A DNA stretch of 64,000 nt from SAR202 cluster bacterium (GTDB lineage: Bacteria; Chloroflexota; Dehalococcoidia; Lucifugimonadales; Australimonadaceae). Made by a program: the position numbers and the translations under genes. The stretch spans positions 3,298-67,297 of the forward strand of contig VGZX01000006.1 in NCBI GenBank assembly GCA_016872415.1, written 5' to 3'. The notes beneath the pieces are model-generated. The model did not search any database and was not told the origin of the DNA. It was given only the letters and a program-made list of their open reading frames with translations. Each line of letters starts with the position of its first letter. The stretch's first letter is position 1. Below are positions 29,036 through 36,721 of the stretch, piece after piece.

Positions 29036-29398
29036 GTGGCCCATTACATTCAGCTCCTCACCCTCACGCCCGAGGGGCGGACGGCGATCCTGCAGGACCC
29101 GGAGAGCGTGTTGCGCGCGCAGAATGTGGTGATGGCGCCCGAGATCACGGTGCTGGGCCTCTATGCCGTGCTCGGCACCTACGATTTCGTCAGCATCGTC
29201 GAGGCGCCCGACAACGACACGGTGGCGCGCTATTCGCTCGAGTTCGGCGTGCGCGCCGGGCTGCACGTCGTCACGCTGCCGGCCGTGCCGATGGCCCAGT
29301 TCGAGCAGTCGATGCCCCCCGAGGGCGTGCCGGTCGAGGAGACGGGCACCGGCATTCCCATGAACCCCGACGACCTGCTGCGGCCCCACCAGCGCTAA
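29036..29398 (+). CDS. GYD domain-containing protein
   Basis: AHYIQLLTLTPEGR…LGTYDFVSIVEAPDNDTVARYSLE is the GYD-family pattern. GTG 29036 lies 10 nt after GGAAGG. Confidence 0.8.
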   Translation: MAHYIQLLTLTPEGRTAILQDPESVLRAQNVVMAPEITVLGLYAVLGTYDFVSIVEAPDNDTVARYSLEFGVRAGLHVVTLPAVPMAQFEQSMPPEGVPVEETGTGIPMNPDDLLRPHQR

Positions 29399-29467
29399 CC
29401 GGCCGCGCTCACGCGCGTGAGACGCGCGGGCTCGCCTCGGCGAGTGGCATTACGGCCCTGGCTCGGG

Positions 29468-29647
29468 CTAGTACGTCCACCAGGGCCGGTAGTGCGACAA
29501 CGGCAGCTCCAGCAGCACGATGTCCTCGAAGTTGCCGTGGATATCGCGGCTCCATTCGTGCAGGCGCGCCACCTCGTGGAAGCTCATGCCGCGCGCCGCC
29601 TCCTCGGCCTAATTGTCGAACCAAAGAAATGGCGTGATCTTTGACAT
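29468..29647 (-). pseudogene. remnant of a PhnB/VOC-like gene with an in-frame TAG
   Basis: MSKITPFLWFDN-TAG-AEEAA… resembles the MxKITPxLWFDGQAEEA N-terminus of PhnB-like proteins. The stop is at 29609-29611, and the remainder is short and divergent. Confidence 0.3.
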
Positions 29648-29695
29648 GGGCATCGCTCCCGCGGTCTGCTCGGTGGTGTCACCGGTTCCGACGAA

Positions 29696-29723
29696 CAGGC
29701 GCCCCGGTTGCCCGGGGCGCCTG
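29696..29723 (-). terminator. 12-bp perfect hairpin downstream of gltB
   Basis: CAGGCGCCCCGG-ttgc-CCGGGGCGCCTG, 27 nt after the gltB stop. Confidence 0.5.
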
Positions 29724-29750
29724 TCTTATCCGGCATAGGAGGCCGCGAAG

Positions 29751-32700
29751 CTACGGCTTCGCCTCGTTGCGGCGCTGGCTGGCCGCCAGCATGGCGTCGC
29801 GGCGGGCACGCTGCTGGTCGCGCGGCGCCGGCGGCGCCACGTGCGCCAACGGGGCGACCTTCTTGAACCGCGGCAGGTAAATGCTCCAGTTGTCCAGCAC
29901 GTCCTCCGCCCGCTTGCTGCGGGTCATCTCCATGTGCCGCGTCACCATCGCCTGCAGCAGCTCCTGGTCCTCCGCGTCGTCCACCTCGCTAATCCCCACC
30001 ATCTCCGAGTTCACCCGCTTCGCCAACGTGCCGTCGTAGTCCAGCACGAATGCAACCCCGCCCGACATGCCGGCGCCCAGGTTGCGGCCCGTCGGCCCCA
30101 GAATCACCACCACGCCGCCCGTCATGTATTCGCACGCGTGGTCGCCCGCGCCCTCGATCACCGCCCACGCGCCCGAATTGCGGACGGCGAACCGCTCGCC
30201 CGCGCGTCCCGACGCATAGAGGTGCCCGCCGGTGGCGCCGTAAAGCACGGTGTTGCCCATGATGGTATTGTCGTGCGCGTGGAAGGCGGCGTGTTGCGGC
30301 GGCCGCAGCACGATCTCGCCGCCGTGCATGCCCTTGCCCACGTAATCGTTCGCCTCGCCCTCCAGCGTCATGTGCATGCCGTCGACGAGGAACGCGCCGA
30401 ATGACTGCCCCGCCGAGCCCGAGAAGCGCAGCTCGATGCTGTTTTCCGGCAGGCCCGTGTCGCCATGGTGATAGGCGATCTCGCCCGCGATGCGCGCGCC
30501 GACGGTGCGGTGCACGTTGCGGATCGCCCGCTCTACCTTGACCGGCGATCTGCCCTCGATCGCCGGCCGCACCAGCGGCAACAGCTCGTCGTCGAGGACG
30601 ATGTCGCTCGCGTTGTCGTTGCGCGTCTGCCGCGACCGCACCGGCAGCGTGCCCGACGGGTCCGCCGAGGCCAGCATGCGCCGCAAGTCCAGCGTGTTCG
30701 CCTTCGGGTGGCCTGGCAGCTCCACCTGCTCCAGCAGGTCGGAGCGGCCGATCATCTCCTCCACCTTGCGGAAGCCCAGCGCCGCCATGTGCTCGCGTAG
30801 CTCCTCCGCCACGAAGAACAGGTACTTCACCAGCATCTCGGGCGTGCCCCAGAACTTCTCGCGCAGCACCGGGTCTTGCGTGGCGACGCCCACTGGGCAG
30901 GTGTTGAGGTGACACTGGCGCGCCACCTGGCAACCCACCGCCACCATCGCCGCCGTGCCGAAGCCATACTCCTCGGCGCCCAGCAACGCGCCGATCACCA
31001 CATCGCGCCCGCGGCGGAACCCGCCGTCCGTCCGCAGAATTATCCGGCCGCGCAAGTCGTTGGCGACCAACACCTGCTGCGTCTCGGCCAGGCCCAGTTC
31101 CCAGGGAGAGCCGGCATACTTGATGGATATCCACGGCGACGCCCCGGTGCCGCCCTCGGTGCCGGATATGAGGATGTAGTCAGCATAACCCTTCGCCACA
31201 CCCGCGGCGATGGTGCCGACGCCCGCCTCCGACACGAGCTTCACGGCCACCTGCGCGCGCGGGTTCACGACCTTCAAGTCGTAGATCAGCTGCTTCAAGT
31301 CTTCGATCGAGTAGATGTCGTGGTGCGGCGGCGGCGAGATGAGCGGCACGCCGGGCACCGTGCGCCGCGCGCGGGCGATGATCTCCGTCACCTTGTGGCC
31401 GGGCAGCTGCCCGCCCTCGCCGGGCTTCGAGCCCTGCGCCATCTTGATCTCCAACACGTCGGCCATCGCCAGGTACTCCGGCGTTACGCCGAAGCGGCCG
31501 GAGGCCACCTGCTTCATCTTGCTGCCCGTGCGGTCGCCGTTGCGCGTCTCGCGGAAACGGCGCGGGTCCTCGCCACCCTCGCCCGAGCCGCTCTTGCTGC
31601 CGATGCGGTTGAACGCGACGGCGATGGTCTCGTGCGCCTCGATGCTGAGCGCGCCGAACGACATGGAGCCGCCGTTGAAACGCTTCACGATCTCCTTCGC
31701 CGGCTCCACCTCGTCCAGCGGCACGGGCGGGCCGGCCGGCTTGATCCGCAGCATGTCGCGCAGCGAGATCGACTCCTGCTCCTCGATCTGCTTGATGTAT
31801 TGGTCGTATCCCGCGCGCCCGGTGCCGCCATCCTTGATGGCGTTGTGCAGTGTCCGCACGCTGATGGGCGAGAAGCCGTGCGGCTCGCCGCCGCGCCGGT
31901 AGCGGTAGAAGCCGTAGTCATCGAGCTTCGCATCCTTGGCGCCGGCGGCCATGGGCGCGAACGCCTGCGCGTGCCGGGCGACGAGCTCGGCCGCGACCTC
32001 GCCGAAGCCGATGCCGCCGATGGGCGACGGCGTGCCGGCGAAGCACAGGTCCACCACCTCCTGGCCCAAGCCGATGGCCTCGAATATCTGCGCGCCGTGG
32101 TAGGCGGTGACGGTGGAAATGCCCATCTTCGACATGATCTTGAGCAGCTGCTTGTGCAGCGTCTTGACGTAGTTGCCCAGGGCCTTGTCGGCACCGATGT
32201 CGGTATCGTGGCCCTCCTCCACCAACGCCTTGATCGTCGCCAGGGCCAGGTAGGGGTTGATGGCGCTGGCCCCATAGCCAATCAGCGCGGCCAGCTGGTG
32301 CGGGTCCCGCGCGTCGGCCGCCTCGGCGATGAGCGAGGCCTTCATGCGCTTGCCCACCCGGATGAGGTGGTGGTGCACCGCGCCGACCGCCATGAGCATC
32401 GGCACCGACATCCGGTCGCGGTCCACGCCTCGGTCGCTCACCACGATCACGGTCTTACCCGCGTCCACGGCCCGCTCCGCCCGGGCGCACAGCTCCAACA
32501 CGGCCTGGCGCAGCGCCTCGGCCCCGCCCGAAACCGGGAACAGCGCCGGCAGCGTCTCCGTCGACACGATGCCCTGCACGCCGCCGCGAATCGTCTGCAA
32601 CTGCGCGTCCGTCAGCACCGGGCCGTCCAGCCGCAGCAGCGAGGCGAATGCTTCCCGTTCCTCTAGCAACGAGCCCCGCTGGCCGAGGTAGGTGTAGAGC

Positions 32701-34316
32701 GACATGACGATCTGCTCGCGCAACGGGTCGATCGGCGGGTTGGTCACCTGGGCGAAGCGCTGGCGGAAGTAGCTGTACAGCAGCCGCGGCTTGGTCGCCA
32801 GCACCGCCAATGGCGTGTCGTCGCCCAGCGAGCCCACCGGCTCGACGCCGTCGACGTACAGCGGCCGCAGAATCAGGTGCGCCTCCTCCGTCGTGTAGGA
32901 CTGCGCGCGCTGCAGCGGCAGCAGGGCCTCCGCCGCGATCTCGCCGGCGGCGCCGTTCGCGCTGGCCGGCTGCTTCACGTCGCTAAGCCTGGTCAGGCGG
33001 TGGGTCAGCCACTGGCCGTACGACTTGCGCGCGACCGCCATCCGCTTGATCTCGTCGTTCCGCAGCAGCACACCGCGCGCCGTGTCGACGGCGATGACCT
33101 GCCCAGGGCCGATGCGTCCCTTCTCCACCACGTGATCGTCGTCGATCTCGGTGGTGCCGACCTCTGAGGCCATGACGATGATGTTGTCGTCGCCGATCTT
33201 GTAGCGGGCCGGGCGCAGGCCGTTGCGGTCCAGCGTCGCCGCCACCACGGTGCCGTCGGTGAAGGCGAGCGCGGCGGGGCCGTCCCACGGCTCCGTCAGA
33301 CAGGCGTGATACTCATAAAAGGCCTTCAGCGCCGGGTCCATGTCGGGCATGTTCTCCCATGCCTCGGGCACCAGCATCATCATCGCGTGCAGCGGGTCGC
33401 GGCCCGATAGCACCAGCAGCTCCAGCGCGTTGTCAAGGCTGGTCGAATCGCTGCCGTCCGGCTGGATCACCGGCAGGACGCGGCCAATCTCGTCGCCCCA
33501 CACGGCCGAGGCCAGCTCCGCCTCGCGCGCGCGCATCCAGTTGCGGTTGCCTTGCAGCGTGTTGATCTCGCCGTTGTGGCCCAGCATGCGGAAGGGCTGC
33601 GCGAGGTCCCACGTGGGGAAGGTGTTGGTGCTGTAGCGCTGGTGAAACACGGCCAGCGCCGTCGTGTAGGCCGGGTTCCGCAAGTCCAGGTAGAACTCGG
33701 TGAGCTGCGGCGCGACCAACAGCCCCTTGTAGACAATGGTCTTGTTCGAGAGCGAGGGCACGTAGCAGGCGATGCCCAGCTCGGCATACGCACGCTCGGC
33801 GGCCTTGCGCGCGAGGTAGAGCTTGCGCTCGAAGGCCATGCCGTCCAGCGCGGCGGGCCTGCCCACCAGCAGGTTCTCGATTTGGGGCGCCGTCACCGCC
33901 GCCTTTTCGCCGAGCGCGGCCTCGTTAACCGGCACGGGACGCCAGCCGATGGGCGCGAGGCCCTCATCCTGAATGGCCTTTTCGAGTATCTGGCGGGCGC
34001 GAGCGGTGTCGCGCTTGGGCAGGAACACCATGCCGACACCCAAGTCCCCGTCGTGCCGCGCGGTGAACCCGAGCTTCGCGGCCTCGGCGTTGAAGATGCC
34101 GGCGGGGATCTGCGTCAGCACGCCGGCGCCGTCGCCGGTCTTGGCGTCGGCCGACACCGCGCCACGATGGGTGAGGTTGACGACCGCCTCGAGCGCCCGG
34201 TCCAGCACGCGGCGGCTGCGAGAGCCGGTGAGGTCGGCCACGAAGCCGACGCCGCATGCGTCACGCTCGAACTGCGGGTCGTGAAGAGTCCACGGGAGAC
34301 GTGGTAACGGTGCCAT
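29751..34316 (-). CDS. gltB: glutamate synthase large subunit
   Basis: 1521 aa. N-terminal amidotransferase Cys (ERDACGVGFVADL), FMN/Fe-S region and GXGXG C-terminal domain. GGAG SD. Confidence 0.95.
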   Translation of the reverse strand: MAPLPRLPWTLHDPQFERDACGVGFVADLTGSRSRRVLDRALEAVVNLTHRGAVSADAKTGDGAGVLTQIPAGIFNAEAAKLGFTARHDGDLGVGMVFLPKRDTARARQILEKAIQDEGLAPIGWRPVPVNEAALGEKAAVTAPQIENLLVGRPAALDGMAFERKLYLARKAAERAYAELGIACYVPSLSNKTIVYKGLLVAPQLTEFYLDLRNPAYTTALAVFHQRYSTNTFPTWDLAQPFRMLGHNGEINTLQGNRNWMRAREAELASAVWGDEIGRVLPVIQPDGSDSTSLDNALELLVLSGRDPLHAMMMLVPEAWENMPDMDPALKAFYEYHACLTEPWDGPAALAFTDGTVVAATLDRNGLRPARYKIGDDNIIVMASEVGTTEIDDDHVVEKGRIGPGQVIAVDTARGVLLRNDEIKRMAVARKSYGQWLTHRLTRLSDVKQPASANGAAGEIAAEALLPLQRAQSYTTEEAHLILRPLYVDGVEPVGSLGDDTPLAVLATKPRLLYSYFRQRFAQVTNPPIDPLREQIVMSLYTYLGQRGSLLEEREAFASLLRLDGPVLTDAQLQTIRGGVQGIVSTETLPALFPVSGGAEALRQAVLELCARAERAVDAGKTVIVVSDRGVDRDRMSVPMLMAVGAVHHHLIRVGKRMKASLIAEAADARDPHQLAALIGYGASAINPYLALATIKALVEEGHDTDIGADKALGNYVKTLHKQLLKIMSKMGISTVTAYHGAQIFEAIGLGQEVVDLCFAGTPSPIGGIGFGEVAAELVARHAQAFAPMAAGAKDAKLDDYGFYRYRRGGEPHGFSPISVRTLHNAIKDGGTGRAGYDQYIKQIEEQESISLRDMLRIKPAGPPVPLDEVEPAKEIVKRFNGGSMSFGALSIEAHETIAVAFNRIGSKSGSGEGGEDPRRFRETRNGDRTGSKMKQVASGRFGVTPEYLAMADVLEIKMAQGSKPGEGGQLPGHKVTEIIARARRTVPGVPLISPPPHHDIYSIEDLKQLIYDLKVVNPRAQVAVKLVSEAGVGTIAAGVAKGYADYILISGTEGGTGASPWISIKYAGSPWELGLAETQQVLVANDLRGRIILRTDGGFRRGRDVVIGALLGAEEYGFGTAAMVAVGCQVARQCHLNTCPVGVATQDPVLREKFWGTPEMLVKYLFFVAEELREHMAALGFRKVEEMIGRSDLLEQVELPGHPKANTLDLRRMLASADPSGTLPVRSRQTRNDNASDIVLDDELLPLVRPAIEGRSPVKVERAIRNVHRTVGARIAGEIAYHHGDTGLPENSIELRFSGSAGQSFGAFLVDGMHMTLEGEANDYVGKGMHGGEIVLRPPQHAAFHAHDNTIMGNTVLYGATGGHLYASGRAGERFAVRNSGAWAVIEGAGDHACEYMTGGVVVILGPTGRNLGAGMSGGVAFVLDYDGTLAKRVNSEMVGISEVDDAEDQELLQAMVTRHMEMTRSKRAEDVLDNWSIYLPRFKKVAPLAHVAPPAPRDQQRARRDAMLAASQRRNEAKP

Positions 34317-34367
34317 AGAAAGCTCCGGTTTCGCAGGGGCTCCATTGTCCCCTGGAACGCCTAAACG

Positions 34368-35702
34368 CTACAGAATGGAAAGGTAACGTTTGATCTCGTA
34401 GTCGGTGACGGCGGAGCGATACCGCTCCCACTCGATCCGCTTGTTGTGGATCAAGCTCTTGAACGTGTGCTCGCCCAAGGCGCGACGCAGCACGTCGCTC
34501 TGCTCGGCGATGCGCACGGCCTCGAACAGGCTGCCGGGCAGCGATGCGATCTGGCGCGCCTGGCGCTGCTCGTCGGTCATCAGGGTCACGTCCGTCTCCA
34601 TGGGCGGCACGGGCTCGTACTCGTTCTCGATCCCCTCCAGCCCGGCGCTGAGCATGGCGGCGAACGTCAGATATGGATTGCACGTCGGGTCCGGCTGGCG
34701 GAACTCGATCCGTACCGATGATTCCCGCCCCGGACGGTAGGCGGGCACGCGAATGAGGTCCGAGCGGTTGACCGGCGCCCACGAGATATAAGCCGGCGCC
34801 TCGAATCCCGGCACCAGCCGCTTATACGAGTTCACCCACTGGTTGCACACGCAGGCGATTTCCGGAGCGTGCCGCAACAGGCCGGCGATATACCGGTGCG
34901 CGGTCTTCGACAGCTTGAAGGGATCCTTCGCGTCGTAGAACGCGTTCTTATCGCCCTTGAACAGCGATTGATTCACGTGCATGCCGTTGCCGTTCTGGTC
35001 GGCCAGCGGCTTGGGCATGAAGGTGGCGTATGCGCCGTGGCGCATCGCAACTTCCTTCACCACCAGGCGGTAAGTCATCACCGAATCGGCCATGGTGAGC
35101 GCATCGGTGTGTCGCAGGTCGATTTCGTGCTGCGAGTTGGCGGCCTCGTGGTGGCTGTATTCGACGGGAATGCCCATCTCCTCCAGCGTCAACACCGTCT
35201 CGCGGCGCAACTCCGTCGCCGTGTCCAGCGGCGTCAGATCGAAGTAGCCGCCGGCGTCCAGCGCCTCGGGCTTGGTGGAGTCCTTGAAGTAGAAGTGCTC
35301 CATCTCCGGTCCGACCTGGTAGGTGTAGCCCAGCTTCGCGGCGCGGGCAAGCGCCTGCTTCAGCACATAACGGGGGTCGCCCTCAAAGGGCGTGCCGTCG
35401 GGCCGCAGCACGTCGCAAAACATGCGCGCGACGGCATTCTGGCGCGGCCGCCAGGGCAAGATCGAGAAGGTGGTGGGGTCCGGCATCGCCACCATGTCGC
35501 TCTCGTCCATGCGGGCGAAGCCCTCGATGGAGGAGCCGTCGAAAGCCATCCCCTGGCTGAGGGCGCCTTCGAGCTCGGCGACGGTTATGGCGAACCCTTT
35601 CAAGTTACCCAGGATGTCGGTGAACCACAGCCTGATGAACTTGACGTCGTTTTCCTTGGCCGAGCGGAGCACGTAGTCGCGTGCGTCATCCCGCTGATTC
35701 AT
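34368..35702 (-). CDS. glnA: type I glutamine synthetase
   Basis: VKFIRLWFTDILG N-terminal beta-grasp and typical GS-I catalytic blocks. ATG 35702 has GGAGG upstream. Confidence 0.95.
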   Translation of the reverse strand: MNQRDDARDYVLRSAKENDVKFIRLWFTDILGNLKGFAITVAELEGALSQGMAFDGSSIEGFARMDESDMVAMPDPTTFSILPWRPRQNAVARMFCDVLRPDGTPFEGDPRYVLKQALARAAKLGYTYQVGPEMEHFYFKDSTKPEALDAGGYFDLTPLDTATELRRETVLTLEEMGIPVEYSHHEAANSQHEIDLRHTDALTMADSVMTYRLVVKEVAMRHGAYATFMPKPLADQNGNGMHVNQSLFKGDKNAFYDAKDPFKLSKTAHRYIAGLLRHAPEIACVCNQWVNSYKRLVPGFEAPAYISWAPVNRSDLIRVPAYRPGRESSVRIEFRQPDPTCNPYLTFAAMLSAGLEGIENEYEPVPPMETDVTLMTDEQRQARQIASLPGSLFEAVRIAEQSDVLRRALGEHTFKSLIHNKRIEWERYRSAVTDYEIKRYLSIL

Positions 35703-35809
35703 GAGCCTACCGCGCCTCCAAACCCGCGCCACGGCGAAAACCGCCGCTCCTCCAGGCGACGGGCCAAACAACACCGCACCAGAGCCTCGATCCCGGTGGC
35801 TGAAGCCGC

Positions 35810-35838
35810 ATATTAGGGGATTGTGAAAGATTTGTCAA
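35810..35838 (-). promoter_or_regulatory. sigma70-type promoter of glnA
   Basis: Minus strand reads TTGACA (35838-35833), a 17-nt spacer, then TAATAT (35815-35810), about 100 nt upstream of the glnA ATG. Confidence 0.55.
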
Positions 35839-35887
35839 AGTCAATTGGCAAGGCCACGGACTGCCGCAAGGCATCGCGGGTCGCTTG

Positions 35888-36214
35888 CTAGCGGGCGCCT
35901 GCCTTCATCTTGCCTGGCGTCAGGGCCTGCGTGGCACCGTCGGCGTGCTTCAGCAGGTCGATCCAGTCGCGGACGAGGACGTGCTGAATCTCGGGCCGCC
36001 GCATCGGCAGCTCTTCGTTCACGCGGTAATAGTTCACCCGGCCGTCGCGCTTGCGTTCGATGTAGCCCGCCTCCTCGAGGTCGGAAATGATACGGTGGAC
36101 CGAGCGTTCCGTAATACCGAGGGCAAGCGCGATTTCACGCGCGGTGGTGCGCCCCCGCTCCGCAACCAAGGCGAGGACGGAGCCATGATTCGTAACGAAC
36201 GTCCATTCCGCCAA
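35888..36214 (-). CDS. ArsR/MarR-like winged-helix transcriptional regulator
   Basis: WTFVTNHGSVLALVAERGRTTAREIALALGITERSVHRIISDLEEAGYIERKRDGRVNYY. TTG start 6 nt after GGAGGA. Confidence 0.75.
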   Translation of the reverse strand: MAEWTFVTNHGSVLALVAERGRTTAREIALALGITERSVHRIISDLEEAGYIERKRDGRVNYYRVNEELPMRRPEIQHVLVRDWIDLLKHADGATQALTPGKMKAGAR

Positions 36215-36234
36215 TATGATCCTCCTTTGATTGC

Positions 36235-36263
36235 TTGACCCACTACGGGTGGTATGTTATTAA
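36235..36263 (+). promoter_or_regulatory. candidate promoter for the 36.27-36.59 kb leader/micro-ORF transcript
   Basis: TTGACC (36235-36240), a 17-nt spacer, then TATTAA (36258-36263) preceded by TGt (extended -10). Confidence 0.35.
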
Positions 36264-36484
36264 ATCACCTAGCCTCCAAATTTATGGAGGTGGCGGATCG
36301 ACGCAGGCCTACCGTACCATTCGCTTCGCTATTCGGCAACTGGATTGGTACGCGGCGTCGCGAGGGGGCGAGTGGCTGCCCTTTAGCCCCGTGATCCGCA
36401 AAGGCCGGGCAGGCTTCCAGGGCTCATTCGTGAGTCGCTCGGAGGCAACAATCTTCACCTTCCCAGGAAAGGAGGAGCGGTCTC

Positions 36485-36535
36485 ATGAAGAAGAGCGCTG
36501 GCAAGCCCGCCGCCAAGCCCGGCAAGAAGAAGTAA
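36485..36535 (+). CDS. 16-codon Lys/Ala/Pro-rich micro-ORF (MKKSAGKPAAKPGKKK)
   Basis: AGGAGGAG SD (36470-36477) 7 nt before the ATG, with a terminator hairpin 25 nt after the TAA. Too short for any compositional test. Confidence 0.3.
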   Translation: MKKSAGKPAAKPGKKK

Positions 36536-36560
36536 GTTAGCAGCGATCGGTTACCACGGC

Positions 36561-36586
36561 AACGGGGTCCCGCCAGGGGCCCCGTT
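36561..36586 (+). terminator. hairpin terminator after the micro-ORF
   Basis: AACGGGGUCCC-GCCA-GGGGCCCCGUU (11 pairs including one G-U), followed by cttcgtc. Confidence 0.5.
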
Positions 36587-36721
36587 CTTCGTCCGTCTCG
36601 TATTTCCCCATCCTGCCACGGCGCCCGCGCCGGCCCCGCCCGTCCGCTCTCGCGAACGCGGAAGGGGCGGCCCGCAGGCCGCCCCTTCCATCCCTCGAAA
36701 ATCGTGGTTGCCGCCCGAGCG

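Noticed and set aside
29609-29611. In-frame TAG in the PhnB-like stub as a possible pyrrolysine or readthrough codon.
   Set aside because: No pyl genes or PYLIS context are present, the downstream sequence diverges from the family and is very short, and the surrounding region shows other gene remnants. A pseudogene is the simpler explanation.
34445-34453. DnaA-box-like 9-mers (tgtggatca at 34445, 8/9 match; tgtggatcg at 28880, 7/9 match; others inside genes).
   Set aside because: They are isolated, mostly intragenic, far from dnaA and not clustered, which is what chance would produce.
36270-36484. Possible glutamine (glnA/Downstream-peptide) riboswitch or other known RNA family (6S, SRP, RNase P, tmRNA) in the leader.
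   Set aside because: I could not find the conserved cores I remember for these families (e.g. the GGAAGUAGG-type glutamine-riboswitch core, tmRNA or RNase P signatures). The RNA is left unassigned pending cmscan.
36235-36540. 101-aa ORF (MTHYGWYVIKSPSLQIYGGGG…) covering the wHTH-ppdK intergenic region.
   Set aside because: It has no SD, poor GC3, and odd composition, and it reads through the hairpins and the SD/ATG of the micro-ORF. I treat the region as a structured leader instead.
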